Positions 9,748 to 20,653 of a stretch of DNA of 64,000 nucleotides are shown in pieces; the stretch's first letter is position 1; the number at the start of each line of letters is the position of its first letter. Under the pieces are notes generated by a model. That model was not told where the DNA came from and did not search any database. It saw nothing but the letters and a program-made list of their open reading frames with translations. The stretch comes from an uncultured Holophaga sp. (GTDB taxonomy: Bacteria > Acidobacteriota > Holophagae > Holophagales > Holophagaceae), in contig OY761614.1 of NCBI GenBank assembly GCA_963664825.1, forward strand, positions 192,001 through 256,000. The letters are read 5' to 3'. A program made the translations under genes and the position numbers.

Positions 9748-9804
9748 CCCAAATAATCAACCATGTTTCAATTACCCGGAATTCAAACCCTTTGCGGAGT
9801 CCCC

Positions 9805-10857
9805 ATGCGCCTTCTCGATTTCCGTTCTGATACGGTCACGGCCCCTACTCCCGAGATGCGGGCCGCCATGGCGGCAGCGGAAGTGGCCGACGATGTGCTG
9901 GAGCGCGATCCCACCATGGACCGCCTGGAACGGCGGGTGGCGGAGCTGCTCGGCCAGGAGGCGGCGCTCTGGACGCCCACGGGATGCATGGCTAACGCCA
10001 TCGCCATGCTGCTACACCTCCGGCGGGGAGATCGCTTCCTGGCACCAATGGCGGCCCACGTTCTGGGTTCGGAACTGGGCACGGCGGCCTGGCTGGCGGG
10101 AGGCATGCCGGAAGCTCTTGCCTGGGAGGGCGGCCCCGGCAAGCCCACACCCATGCAGGTGATGCGCGCGGCGGGAAATCCGGGGCCCTACTATGGGCTC
10201 AGGACCACGCTGCTCTGCCTGGAAAACACACACAACTTCGCCGGAGGCACTTGCACCAGCGCCACGGAACACCGCGCCCTGGTGGAAGGGGCCCAGACCA
10301 AGCAGCTCAAAGTCCACTTGGACGGCGCCCGACTCTGGCACGCGGCCGCCTCCACGGGCGCTTCCCCGGCCGATCTGGCCTGGGGCGTGGATACCGTGAG
10401 TGTCTGCCTCTCCAAGGGCCTGGGGGCCCCCATGGGGTCCCTGCTCTGCGGGAGCCGCGAGACGATCGAAGAGGCCCGGCGCCTCCGCAAGATGCTCGGC
10501 GGCGGCGTCCGCCAGGGCGGCGTGGTGGCTGCCGCGGGTCTGGTGGCGCTCGATTATCTCCCCAGACTCCCCGAGGACCACGCCAAGGCCGCGCGTCTCG
10601 CGGCGGGACTCCGCGCCATGGGCTTCAACGTACAGGAGCCCGAGACCAATATCCTGCTGGTGCCCGTGGTGGATATCCCGCTCTCCCTGAGTCTGATGGA
10701 GGATGCAGGCGTGCGGGTGCTGCCCGTGGGTTCAAGCCTGCGCTTCATCACCCACCGGGACCTCAAGGCCATCGATATCGACGAGGCCCTGGTGCGCATG
10801 CAGCCCCTGGTTGCCCAGATGCTCACCACCTGGGAGGGCGACCGGCCCATGGTCTGA
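9805..10857 (+). CDS. ltaE: low-specificity L-threonine aldolase
   Basis: DFRSDTVT, LENTHN, HLDGARL and CLSKGLGAP motifs. Confidence 0.88.
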   Translation: MRLLDFRSDTVTAPTPEMRAAMAAAEVADDVLERDPTMDRLERRVAELLGQEAALWTPTGCMANAIAMLLHLRRGDRFLAPMAAHVLGSELGTAAWLAGGMPEALAWEGGPGKPTPMQVMRAAGNPGPYYGLRTTLLCLENTHNFAGGTCTSATEHRALVEGAQTKQLKVHLDGARLWHAAASTGASPADLAWGVDTVSVCLSKGLGAPMGSLLCGSRETIEEARRLRKMLGGGVRQGGVVAAAGLVALDYLPRLPEDHAKAARLAAGLRAMGFNVQEPETNILLVPVVDIPLSLSLMEDAGVRVLPVGSSLRFITHRDLKAIDIDEALVRMQPLVAQMLTTWEGDRPMV

Positions 10858-10984
10858 CCGGAGAGCCCCTCCGGAACCACTTCCTAGCGGTGGGAGAAGC
10901 CCGCCCAGCGTTGTTTCCGCGGGAGCAGGGCTCTTCCCCGTAGCCTGGATGCATCGTCGCAATGCGATGCAAAAAGGAGATCCC

Positions 10985-12376
10985 ATGCCCCTCCGCCTGA
11001 CCCCTCTGCTCGTCCCTTGCCTGGCCCTGACCCTCTCCGGGGCGGAGGACCGCACAGAAGCCCTGATGAAGACCGTCACCGAACTCAGCAGCCCAGCCAT
11101 GAAGGGCCGTCTGACGGGCAGCGAATCCGGTCGCCTCGCCGAAGCCTGGGTCGAAAAGGCCATGGGAAGCCTGCCCCTGGAACTGAAGACCCAGGAGGTG
11201 CGCTTCCCCCTCTACGAGGTCCTCTCCCCCACCGCCCTGGCCCTGGTGGACGCCAAGGGCGCGCCGCTGAGGAGCTTCTCCTACATCACGGAATTCCGGG
11301 AGATCCAGTACTCCGGTTCCGGAGACGTCACGGGGGAGCTCGTCTTCCTGGGGCACGGCGTGGATGCGCCGGGCTTCAGCCCCTACGGCCAGGTGGACGC
11401 GAAGGGAAAGGTCGTGGTGCTGCTGTGGGGACTGCCCAAGGGGGCTCCCACGGCCCAGGCTTACCTGGACGCCAAGCTCCACGCCGCCTGGGCCCACGGG
11501 GCCAAGGCCGTGATCCTGGTGCCCACCGGCAGCATGGCCAAGAGCATCGAGGAGCGGGGCGATGAGGCTGTGGTGCGGGCCCTGGGCCCCACGCAGGCCC
11601 TCAACCCCGAGCGCTTCCATGGGGATCTCCCCGGGGTCTTCCTGCGGAAGGCCGCCGTGGAGGCCATCCTGGGCACGACGACGGAGGCCCTGACAGCGGA
11701 TCCCACTCCGAAGATCCTGGGCCGGTCGATCCACCTCCTGCTCCGGGCGCGCATGAACCGGGAGGCCCGGAGCCGGAACGTCTTCGGCATCCTGAAGGGC
11801 CGGGATCCCCAGCTGGCCAAGGAGGTCGTCCTCCTGGGCGCCCACTATGACCATCTGGGCATGGGGGCCGATGGCCGTATCTTCCCCGGCGCCTCCGACA
11901 ACGCCTCGGGCACGGCAGTGCTGCTGGAGGCCGCCCGGGCCCTCGCCACCTCCGGCCTGTGCCCCAAGCGCACCCTAGTCTTTGCCCTGTGGTGCGGGGA
12001 GGAACAGGGCCTCTACGGATCCCGGTTCTACGCGGAGCAGGCGCCCCTCTGGCCCCTCCAGGACACCAAGCTGATGGTCCAGCTGGACGACGTGGGCGGC
12101 AAGGAGCTCGCCCTCAGCAACGTGAACGACAACCCGCTGCTGCAGGCCTTCGCCGGCCAAGCTATCCGTGAGGGACGCCTCACGCCCGTGGACTGGGGCG
12201 GCCAGGGCGCCAGTGACGACGTGCCCTTCCTGGCCAAGAAGATCCCCGCCTACCGCTTCGTGGCCCCCGGTGACCACCACCACAGGGCCACGGACACCCC
12301 CGCCATCGTGGACCGGGCAGGGCTCAGGAAGGTGGCTGATATCGTCATCGAGGGCTTGAAGGCCGTGGCGTTCTAA
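10985..12376 (+). CDS. secreted M28-family aminopeptidase with PA domain
   Basis: Signal peptide; GAHYDHLG, GASDNASG, GEEQGL, SDD and HH..TD metal ligands. Confidence 0.85.
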   Translation: MPLRLTPLLVPCLALTLSGAEDRTEALMKTVTELSSPAMKGRLTGSESGRLAEAWVEKAMGSLPLELKTQEVRFPLYEVLSPTALALVDAKGAPLRSFSYITEFREIQYSGSGDVTGELVFLGHGVDAPGFSPYGQVDAKGKVVVLLWGLPKGAPTAQAYLDAKLHAAWAHGAKAVILVPTGSMAKSIEERGDEAVVRALGPTQALNPERFHGDLPGVFLRKAAVEAILGTTTEALTADPTPKILGRSIHLLLRARMNREARSRNVFGILKGRDPQLAKEVVLLGAHYDHLGMGADGRIFPGASDNASGTAVLLEAARALATSGLCPKRTLVFALWCGEEQGLYGSRFYAEQAPLWPLQDTKLMVQLDDVGGKELALSNVNDNPLLQAFAGQAIREGRLTPVDWGGQGASDDVPFLAKKIPAYRFVAPGDHHHRATDTPAIVDRAGLRKVADIVIEGLKAVAF

Positions 12377-12724
12377 TACCAGAGTGCTTTCAAGGAAGGG
12401 CCTTGCGGGAGCAAAAACCTTAGAGCAACAGCTCGGGAAGTGCCTCTTGGAGCCATTTCCCGAGGCGAGCGGCCTTGAGAACCGGGATTTGTTTGATCCC
12501 CATTGAAGGCGGCTTGGTCTTGGGATCACCCCAACGCGCGCCGTTCTAGGTGCTTTAGGAAAGCCGCCGCCTCGGCGGAGAGCTGGGCGCGGCCCTGAAG
12601 AGCAAGCCCAGCGGGACATTCGGGCCTTCTTCAGGGCATCCCCCAGCCGACAACCGGAGTCCCAACGTTCCATCGAAATCCCCCCTTCTGACATGCTTGA
12701 AATCAAGATATCCAAGGAGTCCCC

Positions 12725-13285
12725 ATGAACCTGCGCCTTCTGCCCCTGTCCTTCGCCTTGGCTGGAGCCCTGCTCTCGCCCGCCCACGCCGAGAATCCCA
12801 AGGTGGCCCTCCTGGCCAAGGAGGGCCACTGGGTCGAGAAGGGCTGGCCCGCCCATGGGCCCATGCTGGGCCAAATGGCGCCCAGGCTCGAGCTCTTCGG
12901 ATGGATCAACGGCGAAGTGCAGCCCCAGGCCATGAAGGGCCAGATCGTCGTGGTGGATTTCTGGGCCACCTGGTGCGGTCCCTGCAAGCGGGCCATCCCC
13001 CACAACAACGAGATCCTGAAGAAATACGCTGGGAAGGGTGTATTGGTCATCGGCGCCTGTGGCAGCGGGCGGGGCGAGGAGAAGATGGCCGAGACCGCAC
13101 GCCAACTCAAGGCGGAGTATCCCAACGCCCGGGCCTCCAAGGCCTGCACCGAGGCCTGGAAGGTCCAGTGGTGGCCCACCTACGCCGTCATCGATCGCGC
13201 GGGGAAGCTGCGCGCCCTGGGCATCCAGCCCGAATACGTGGAAAAGGTGCTGGACGCCCTCCTGGAGGAGCAGCGCACCCGCTGA
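12725..13285 (+). CDS. TlpA-family thiol:disulfide oxidoreductase
   Basis: Signal peptide, [10 protein letters not shown], cis-Pro WPT; RBS AAGGAG. Confidence 0.88.
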   Translation: MNLRLLPLSFALAGALLSPAHAENPKVALLAKEGHWVEKGWPAHGPMLGQMAPRLELFGWINGEVQPQAMKGQIVVVDFWATWCGPCKRAIPHNNEILKKYAGKGVLVIGACGSGRGEEKMAETARQLKAEYPNARASKACTEAWKVQWWPTYAVIDRAGKLRALGIQPEYVEKVLDALLEEQRTR

Positions 13286-13342
13286 AGGGATGGGTCCGCT
13301 AGCCAAGGGTAGGCCTCCAATCCAGATCGAAGCCCCTTCGGG

Positions 13343-13385
13343 TAAGACGAAGCGCCCTACTGGGCGCCTCGTCTTATTATTTTTG
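13343..13385. terminator. intrinsic terminator between convergent genes
   Basis: TAAGACGAAGCGCCC-tact-GGGCGCCTCGTCTTA followed by a T-rich tract. Confidence 0.7.
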
Positions 13386-13395
13386 CAATTCAATT

Positions 13396-14616
13396 TCAGA
13401 AGGCCACCTGGAAGGCGACCATCAGGGTGTCCCCGCCCTGCTCCGAGGTCTGGGAGACGTTGGGCTTCAGGAAGTTCTTGTTGCGGGCGATGTAGTTCAC
13501 CTTGATATTGGCTGCCTTCACCTTCTCGGGCTTGAAGGCGTAGGTGTAGCCCAGGGTGATCTCCGTGAACTTGGGCGTGTAGTCCGTGGCGGCGCTGACG
13601 TAAGGGCTGGTGGCGGTGTACCAGTCGTCGCCGCAGTTGTAGTTCAGCAGATCGTAGCGGGCCAGAATCGTATGGGCGCCCATCTTGTAGCCAACGGTGG
13701 CGTAGTAGCCCGTGAACTTCTGGTCCAGGTGCTCCCGCTTGACCGCAGTCCCCAGGCTTGGGAAACGACGGCCCAAGAGGCCTGTGATGCACTCAGCGTT
13801 GAGGATCCAATCCTCGTTCTGAAATTCGTAGAACGCGCCCATATTGGTGGTCTTGTCCTTGTTATCGTAGATGGCCTGCTGGGTGACGCCGGGCCACGTC
13901 GCGCCGGGGACGGCGGGAGCGATGGCGATGCCGGTCTTGTCGGTGACGTCCGTCGTGCCCTGGAGCGTGTATACGCCGAACTTGTGTTCTTTCCCAATGT
14001 TCAGATCCAGGCGGGCGATGAGGTCCTTCTGGGCGTTGGCGTCGCCCACCTTGCCCTTGGCGGCGCTATCGGTCATGCCGTTCACGGCACCCAGGGAGAA
14101 CTTGGCGCCGAAGCCCTTGGGATCGCCGAAGGCGTAGGAGGCGATGGCACCGCGATCGCGCTTATCGCCGAAGACCCGGCCCAACTGAGAGCGCTCCGCG
14201 AAGAGCAGCTCCGTTGAAGAAATATTGCCCTCCATGGTCTGAAGGGTCTTGAACTGGCCGACCTTCAAGTCGAAGCCGGGAGCGAAGGCGTATTTGATGA
14301 AGGCGTCCTGCAGGATCATGGGCTCGGCGTTGGGGTCGGTCTTGATGGAGGGATCGAACATCACCTCGTATTCCACATCGTCGACGATCTTCCCGAAGAG
14401 CTTGATCTCGGCGCGGCGAATATTGAAGCCGTTCTCCTTGTACTCGGAGCGCAGATTGTAGTAGTTCGCCACGGTGTTCTGGCGAAGGTTGCTATCCAGC
14501 ATCTGGGTGTACCAGACCTGCACATCGCCCCCCACCTTCACGTCCTGGGCCTGGGCCGTGGAGACAGCGGCCAGCACCAGGGCTATGCCCGTAAACAGAC
14601 GAAGACGCTTGGACAT
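13396..14616 (-). CDS. OprO/OprP-like phosphate-selective porin
   Basis: Signal peptide, FNIRRAEI, LQDAFI, VGQFK, C-terminal Phe; lies in the pst locus. Confidence 0.75.
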   Translation of the reverse strand: MSKRLRLFTGIALVLAAVSTAQAQDVKVGGDVQVWYTQMLDSNLRQNTVANYYNLRSEYKENGFNIRRAEIKLFGKIVDDVEYEVMFDPSIKTDPNAEPMILQDAFIKYAFAPGFDLKVGQFKTLQTMEGNISSTELLFAERSQLGRVFGDKRDRGAIASYAFGDPKGFGAKFSLGAVNGMTDSAAKGKVGDANAQKDLIARLDLNIGKEHKFGVYTLQGTTDVTDKTGIAIAPAVPGATWPGVTQQAIYDNKDKTTNMGAFYEFQNEDWILNAECITGLLGRRFPSLGTAVKREHLDQKFTGYYATVGYKMGAHTILARYDLLNYNCGDDWYTATSPYVSAATDYTPKFTEITLGYTYAFKPEKVKAANIKVNYIARNKNFLKPNVSQTSEQGGDTLMVAFQVAF

Positions 14617-14891
14617 AAAGTCCTCCGTATAAGCTCCGGCCTTGACCGGAAGTGGGATGTCCTGAATCAGCCTTCCGCTGGGACACCTCCATCCTCCCGC
14701 CCCTCTGTGAAGACCCCGTGCAGGTTCGGCAACAAGGCGGAGACACCTCTGCAACGAACCCGCGGGCGCACCCACGCATTCAGGACGGGAACACGTGGCA
14801 CCCGTACACAGGAACGGAACCACGGAGCCCAGGGAAAGGGCAGCCTTCGTTCCCTGGATGCTCCGTAGTTCTCGCCTTCCTGTAACGCGAC

Positions 14892-15578
14892 TCAGTCCGC
14901 TTCAGGCCCCAGGCTCTCCGGGTGCCGGATATCGGTGCCATGGGTCAGGAACACCACCATCTCCGCCAGGTTGGTGGCGTGGTCGCCGATGCGCTCCAGG
15001 TACTTGGCGATGGACTGCACGCCCATGCCCCGCTGGATGGCGCTGCGATCCTCCATCATCACGAGCAGGGTCTGGTGGAAGATCTGGACGTAATTGGCGT
15101 CCACATTGCGATCCCGCTCGATCACCCACTGGGCCTTGGCGGAATCCGAGGCCACGAAGGCGTCGAGGGCATCGCGCACCATGCCCTGCACGGTGTCGGC
15201 CATCTTGAGGATATCCGGCCAGGGGTGCCTGGGCGGATCCGAGGCCAGATCCAGCACACGCTCGCAGATATTGACCGCGAGATCCCCGATGCGCTCCAGG
15301 TCCGTGACCAGCTTGAGGGCGGTGGTGATGAAGCGCAGATCGGAAGCCACCGGCTGGCGACGGGCGAGGATGCTCAGGCAGAAGCCGTCGATCTCCACTT
15401 CCAGACGGTTGATGTCGTGATCGAGCTCCATGGTGCGCTGGGCCTGCTCGCAGTCCTGGGCGTTGAAGGCCCGCACGCTCGCGGCCACCATGGCCTCGAC
15501 CTTGGCGCCCATGAGGAGGATCGTCTCCCGGAGGCTGGCCAGTTCGGTTTCGTATTCCCTATCGGTGTGCTGCACCAT
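14892..15578 (-). CDS. phoU: phosphate signalling protein PhoU
   Basis: QPVASDLR, DLERIGD and YLERIGDHATN motifs. Confidence 0.93.
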   Translation of the reverse strand: MVQHTDREYETELASLRETILLMGAKVEAMVAASVRAFNAQDCEQAQRTMELDHDINRLEVEIDGFCLSILARRQPVASDLRFITTALKLVTDLERIGDLAVNICERVLDLASDPPRHPWPDILKMADTVQGMVRDALDAFVASDSAKAQWVIERDRNVDANYVQIFHQTLLVMMEDRSAIQRGMGVQSIAKYLERIGDHATNLAEMVVFLTHGTDIRHPESLGPEAD

Positions 15579-15675
15579 GTCCCATCCTCGAGCCGATCTG
15601 CGTTCATGACCTGGAATCAACACCTCAGGGAGATCCCTGCCTTGTTGGCCTTGCCTTTTCCAATGTCCAACGGGA

Positions 15676-16524
15676 TCAACCGAAGCGGCCCGTGATGTAG
15701 TCTTCGGTGCGCCGGTCCGCGGGCCGCGTGAAGAGGGCATCGGTGGCGTTATATTCCACCAGATCCCCCATGTATAGGAAGGCGGTGTTGTGGGAGACCC
15801 GCGCCGCCTGCTGCATGCTGTGGGTGACGATCACGATGGTGTATTTCTGCCCCAGTTCATGGATGAGCTCCTCCACCTTGGCGGTGGCGATGGGGTCCAG
15901 GGCCGAGCAGGGTTCGTCCATCAGGAGCACCTCGGGCTCCAGGGCCAGGGCCCGGGCGATGCAGAGGCGCTGCTGCTGGCCACCCGAGAGGCTCGCCCCG
16001 TTGCGGCCGAGAGAATCCTTAACCTCGGTCCAGAGGGCCGCTTGGGTGAGGGCACTCTCCACCAGATCGTCCGGGTGCTTCACCCGGAGGCCCGCCAGCT
16101 TCCATCCCGCCAGCACGTTATCCCGGATGCTGAGGGTGGGAAAGGGGTTGGGCCGCTGGAAGACCATCCCCACCCGGCGGCGCAGGGCGACGGGATCCAT
16201 ACCCCGGCGATAGACATCCTCATCGTCCAGCAGCACCCGCCCATCCATCCTCGCGCCGGGAATCACTTCGTGCAGACGATTCAGGCAGCGGATGAAGGTG
16301 GACTTCCCGCAGCCCGAGGGGCCGATCAGCGCCGTGACCCGCTTCTCCTGCACGGGCAGCGAGATGCCATTGAGGACCTGGTGCTTGCCGAACCAGGCGC
16401 GCAAGCCTTCGGTCTGCATCTTCCGGGGAACAAGGGCGCTCACCGGCGCGTCCCCATGAGTTGAAGGGGCTGGAGCAATCAAGGGCAGGTCTTCCATCGG
16501 CATCGTCTCGAGAAGGGGGGTCAT
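15676..16524 (-). CDS. pstB: phosphate ABC transporter ATPase
   Basis: [26 protein letters not shown] and YITGRFG motifs. Confidence 0.95.
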   Translation of the reverse strand: MTPLLETMPMEDLPLIAPAPSTHGDAPVSALVPRKMQTEGLRAWFGKHQVLNGISLPVQEKRVTALIGPSGCGKSTFIRCLNRLHEVIPGARMDGRVLLDDEDVYRRGMDPVALRRRVGMVFQRPNPFPTLSIRDNVLAGWKLAGLRVKHPDDLVESALTQAALWTEVKDSLGRNGASLSGGQQQRLCIARALALEPEVLLMDEPCSALDPIATAKVEELIHELGQKYTIVIVTHSMQQAARVSHNTAFLYMGDLVEYNATDALFTRPADRRTEDYITGRFG

Positions 16525-16528
16525 CGAT

Positions 16529-17374
16529 CTATCTCCCTTGGCTACCCGGCTGGCGGGTCAGGGTGCGGGCCAGGACATTGAGCATGAGCACCAGCAGGAC
16601 CAGGGCCAGGGCCGCGGCCCAAGCCTGCCTGTGCCATTCCTCGTAGGGGGACACGGCGTAGGTGTAGATCTGCACCGGCAGGGAGCCCATGGGCTGGTCG
16701 AGCTTGAGGGCCATGAAATTGCACCCGAAGGCCGTGAAGAGGAGGGGCGCGGTTTCACCGGCGGCCCGGGCCACGGCGAGCATGATGCCCGTGGCGATGC
16801 CGGGAGCCCCGGTGCGCAGCACCACGCCCAGGATCACGCGCCATTTGGGAATCCCAAGGGCCAACCCCGCTTCCCGCAGGGCGTCCGGCACGAGCCGGAG
16901 CAGTTCCTCCGTGGTCCGCATGACCGTGGGCAGCATGAGGATGGCCAGGGCCACGCCTCCCGCCAGGGCCGAGAAACGGTGCATGGAGAGGACCAGGATC
17001 GCATAGACGAAGATGCCGACGGTGATGGAGGGCACCCCCGACATCACATCGGCGGCGAAGCGGACGGTCTTTCCCAACGCATTGTGGCCGAATTCCGCCA
17101 GATAGACGCCCCCCAGCACCCCCACGGGGATCCCGAAGGCACACGCCAGCCCCACCAGGATCAAGGATCCCGCGAAGGCGTTCGCCATGCCGCCCCCACT
17201 CTCCCCGATCGGCTTGGGCAGCTGGGTGAAGAGCTCCCAATTGAGCCCACCGAGGCCTCTGACGCAGAGATCGAAGAGGACACATGCCAGGGGCACGAGG
17301 GCCAGTACCACCATGCCCAAGCAGGCCCAGCGTGCCGCGATATCCAGGTAACTCCGACGCCGATGCTTATCCAT
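16529..17374 (-). CDS. pstA: phosphate ABC permease PstA
   Basis: GVPSITVG and [10 protein letters not shown] motifs. Confidence 0.93.
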   Translation of the reverse strand: MDKHRRRSYLDIAARWACLGMVVLALVPLACVLFDLCVRGLGGLNWELFTQLPKPIGESGGGMANAFAGSLILVGLACAFGIPVGVLGGVYLAEFGHNALGKTVRFAADVMSGVPSITVGIFVYAILVLSMHRFSALAGGVALAILMLPTVMRTTEELLRLVPDALREAGLALGIPKWRVILGVVLRTGAPGIATGIMLAVARAAGETAPLLFTAFGCNFMALKLDQPMGSLPVQIYTYAVSPYEEWHRQAWAAALALVLLVLMLNVLARTLTRQPGSQGR

Positions 17375-18363
17375 CAGGCCCCCTTGGGCACACGGCCCAC
17401 ACGCCAGATGAGCAGGCGGGCGAGGATATTGAGTAAGACCGTCACGGCGAAGAGGATCAGCGCGATCTCCATCAGGGAGGCGTGGTAGAGATCCCCGGAG
17501 GCCTCGGCATATTCATTGGCCAGCACGCTGGCCAGGGTATGGGAGGGATTGAAGAGGGAGAGGCTGATATCGGCCCGATTCCCGATGACCATGGTGACGG
17601 CCATGGTCTCCCCAAGAGCCCGCCCCAGGCCGAGGATCACGGCGCCCACCACCCCTGAGGTCGCCGAGGGCAGGACGGCCTTGCTGACCATCTCCCAGCG
17701 GGTGGTGCCCAGAGCGAGCGCCCCCTCCCGAATGGAATTGGGAACGGCCTGCAGCACATCGCGGCTCACGGAGGCGATGGTGGGCAGGATCATGATGGCC
17801 AGGACCAGGACGCCTGCCATCAGGCCGAAACCCCGGGGCGTGCCCCGGAAGAAGGGCAGGAAGCCGAGCGTTTTCGCTAGGAAGGGTTGGATCGTGTCTC
17901 GTAGCCAGGGTGCCATCACGAAGACGCCCCACAGCCCATAGATCACGCTGGGAATGGCCGCCAGCAGCTCCACCAGGAAGCCCAAGGGACGGCGCAACCA
18001 CAAGGGAGAGAGTTCCGCCAGATAGATGGCGATGCCCAGGGCCACCGGGACCGCCAGCAGAAGGGCCAGGAGGGAAGAGATCACCGTCCCGTAGATATAG
18101 GGGAGGGCACCGAAGGAATCCTGGACGGGATCCCAATCCAGGCCCGTGATGAAGCGCCAGCCGAAGGTCTTGAGGGCCGGGATCGACTCCTTGAAGATCA
18201 CATAGGCCATTGCAACCAGGAGCAGGATGGCCGCCAGCGCAAACAGGGAGGTGAGGACCTGGAAGAGGCGGTCGGGGACATTCCCCGCCCCTCCCTGGAC
18301 CAGCCCGAGGCGGGCCATCCAGGAGGGGCGGAGCTCCATATCGGCTTCCTTCATTGCCTTCAT
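17374..18363 (-). CDS. pstC: phosphate ABC permease PstC
   Basis: LAAIPSVIYGLWG and GRALGETMAV motifs. Confidence 0.93.
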   Translation of the reverse strand: MKAMKEADMELRPSWMARLGLVQGGAGNVPDRLFQVLTSLFALAAILLLVAMAYVIFKESIPALKTFGWRFITGLDWDPVQDSFGALPYIYGTVISSLLALLLAVPVALGIAIYLAELSPLWLRRPLGFLVELLAAIPSVIYGLWGVFVMAPWLRDTIQPFLAKTLGFLPFFRGTPRGFGLMAGVLVLAIMILPTIASVSRDVLQAVPNSIREGALALGTTRWEMVSKAVLPSATSGVVGAVILGLGRALGETMAVTMVIGNRADISLSLFNPSHTLASVLANEYAEASGDLYHASLMEIALILFAVTVLLNILARLLIWRVGRVPKGA

Positions 18364-18384
18364 CCGAATTCCCGTCCCCGCCGA

Positions 18385-19422
18385 CTACTTCTTGAGGAGC
18401 TGCTGGCCCGAGGCCTTCAGCGTCCTGAGCTTGGCTTCGATCCTGGGCACCATGTCCTTGGTGGGAAGGGGCGCGTAGTCTAGGGCGGCGGCGAACTTCT
18501 GGCCCTCATGGGTGGCCCACCACAGAAAATCAGCCAGGACCCTGCCCTTGGTGGGGTCCTGCTGGCCCTGGTAGACGAGGATGTAGCTGAAGGAGGAGAT
18601 GGGATAATCCTTGGCCCCAGGTCCATCGGTGATGGAGAGGCAGAGGTCTCCGGGAATCGCATTGCCCGAGGCTGCGGACGTGACGCCTGCGGGGGTGGGC
18701 ACCACGAACTTGCCGACCCGGTTCCGGATGGCGGCCATCGCTAGACTGTTCTGCTTGGCATAGGCCAGTTCCAGGTAGCCGATGGCACCGGGTGTGCCCT
18801 TGACGAGCCCGGTCACGCCCTCATTGCCCTTGGCGCCCAGGCCCGTGGGGAACTTGACGCTCTTTCCGGCCCCCACCTTGGACTTCCAGTCCAGGCTGAC
18901 CTTGGCTAAATATTCGGTGAAGACCGCAGTGGTGCCGCTGCCATCCGTCCGATAAGCCACGGTGATGGGCGTGGCAGGCAACTTCACGCCTGGGTTCAGG
19001 CTGGCCAACCGGGCATCGTTCCAGGTGGTGATATAGCCCAGGAAGATATTGGAAATGACTTCGGGGGTGAGCTTGAGGCCCTGGCCGACGCCGGGCACAT
19101 GGTAGGCAACCACGACGGCCCCAAGGGTCATGGGGATGTGGTGGAGCGTGCCCTTGACCTTGGAGAGTTCGGAAGCCGACATTGGCGCATCCGTGCCGCC
19201 AAAGTCCACGGTGCGCATGGTGATCTGCTTGATGCCACCCCCGCTGCCGATGGCCTGGTAGTTGATATTCACTCCTGGATTCACCTTCCGGTACTCGCTG
19301 ATCCACTTGGAATAGAGCGGGTAGGGGAAACTGGCGCCCGCACCCTGGATCACGGTCTGGGCCTGGAGCCCCAGGGAGCATAGCACTGCACCGAGCAGGG
19401 CCGTTCGAAGCTTGTTCATCAT
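18385..19422 (-). CDS. pstS: phosphate-binding protein PstS
   Basis: GAGASFPYP, IGSGGG, DFGGTD and RTDGSGTT motifs. Confidence 0.95.
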   Translation of the reverse strand: MMNKLRTALLGAVLCSLGLQAQTVIQGAGASFPYPLYSKWISEYRKVNPGVNINYQAIGSGGGIKQITMRTVDFGGTDAPMSASELSKVKGTLHHIPMTLGAVVVAYHVPGVGQGLKLTPEVISNIFLGYITTWNDARLASLNPGVKLPATPITVAYRTDGSGTTAVFTEYLAKVSLDWKSKVGAGKSVKFPTGLGAKGNEGVTGLVKGTPGAIGYLELAYAKQNSLAMAAIRNRVGKFVVPTPAGVTSAASGNAIPGDLCLSITDGPGAKDYPISSFSYILVYQGQQDPTKGRVLADFLWWATHEGQKFAAALDYAPLPTKDMVPRIEAKLRTLKASGQQLLKK

Positions 19423-19453
19423 TTTGCCTCCAGGATCACGGTAAGGAAGCCAT

Positions 19454-19482
19454 GTGGCGTCCAGGTGACGGCGCCGCGACGA
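19454..19482 (-). promoter_or_regulatory. Pho-box-like 11-bp-periodic repeats upstream of pstS
   Basis: Minus strand TCGTCGC-N4-CCGTCAC-N4-ACGCCAC. Confidence 0.45.
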
Positions 19483-19502
19483 TTCGGGAAACGTACAAGA
19501 AT

Positions 19503-19531
19503 CACGCCCGTTCCTGGGGGAAACGGGCGTG
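19503..19531 (-). terminator. hairpin after pit
   Basis: CACGCCCGTT...AACGGGCGTG stem with a weak U tail. Confidence 0.45.
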
Positions 19532-19552
19532 GGTTTGACCTCGAAGGAAATT

Positions 19553-20641
19553 TCAGTGATGGATGTGGAAGGCCGGGCTCGGCGGGGGCGTGATCACCCT
19601 GGCCTGGACCTGGGGGTTTGAATTGAGACTGGGCGCGAGGTAGACGACGCCCTTGTAGAAGCCCGCCGCCAGGAGCGCGCTGACGGGAATGGTGAGGATC
19701 CAGGCCACGAAGATATTCCCGGCCAGGCCCCACCGCACCGCACTGGCGTTCATGCTGGTGCCCACGCCCATGATGGCGCCGGTGATGGAATGGGTGGTGG
19801 ACACCGGGATGCCGAAGTGCGCCGTGGTGAATAGCACGATGGCCGCTGCGGTCTCCGCGGCGAAACCGTGGATGGGTTTGAGCTTGGCGATCTTATGGCC
19901 CAGGGTCTTGATGATCTTCATGCCCCCCCCCGCCGTGCCCGCGCCCATCATCAGGGCGCAGCCGATCTTCACCCAGAGGGGCACGACCACATTGGCTCCC
20001 GCAAGCGGGGTCATGTACCCGTAGGTCATGAGTCCCAGACAGATGATGCCCATGGCCTTCTGGGCGTCATTGGTGCCATGGGTGAAGGCCATGGCCGCCG
20101 CCGAGAGGAGCTGAAGTTTGCGGAAGGCGAAATTCACCTTGTGCCCGGGCTGCCGACGCACGATCCACAGGATGATGATGATGAGCACGCCAGCCACGAG
20201 GAATCCCAGCACGGGTGATATCACGATGAAGGCGCTGATCTCCCCGAGCTTGGCCCACTTGAGGACCTTGAAACCCGCATGGACACCCACGGCGCCGGCC
20301 AGGCCCCCCAGGAGGCTATGGGTGGTGCTGGAGGGGATGCCGAACCACCAGGTCAGGAGCCCCCAGAAGATGGTGGCCAGGAGCGCCGCGATGATCACGG
20401 CCGGGACTACATATTGACCATCGGCGATCCCCTTGGCGATGGTAGTGGCCACGGAGGTCCCCATCAGGGCGCCCACGAAATTCAGGCAGGCCGCCATGAT
20501 GATGGCGTAGCGCACAGGCATCACGCCGGTGGAGACCACCGTGGCGATGGCATTGGCCGTGTCGTGAAAGCCGTTGATGTAATCGATGCACCAGGAAAGC
20601 AGGATGATGCAGATCAAGGCCAGCGGAATGTAATGCAGCAT
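19553..20641 (-). CDS. pit: PiT-family inorganic phosphate transporter
   Basis: NGFHDTANAIAT, HGTNDAQK and PVSTTH motifs. Confidence 0.93.
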   Translation of the reverse strand: MLHYIPLALICIILLSWCIDYINGFHDTANAIATVVSTGVMPVRYAIIMAACLNFVGALMGTSVATTIAKGIADGQYVVPAVIIAALLATIFWGLLTWWFGIPSSTTHSLLGGLAGAVGVHAGFKVLKWAKLGEISAFIVISPVLGFLVAGVLIIIILWIVRRQPGHKVNFAFRKLQLLSAAAMAFTHGTNDAQKAMGIICLGLMTYGYMTPLAGANVVVPLWVKIGCALMMGAGTAGGGMKIIKTLGHKIAKLKPIHGFAAETAAAIVLFTTAHFGIPVSTTHSITGAIMGVGTSMNASAVRWGLAGNIFVAWILTIPVSALLAAGFYKGVVYLAPSLNSNPQVQARVITPPPSPAFHIHH

Positions 20642-20653
20642 GGGTCCGGATCC

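Noticed and set aside
11975..13792. 605-aa minus-strand ORF
   Set aside because: Spans parts of three real genes in alternative frames; not protein-like
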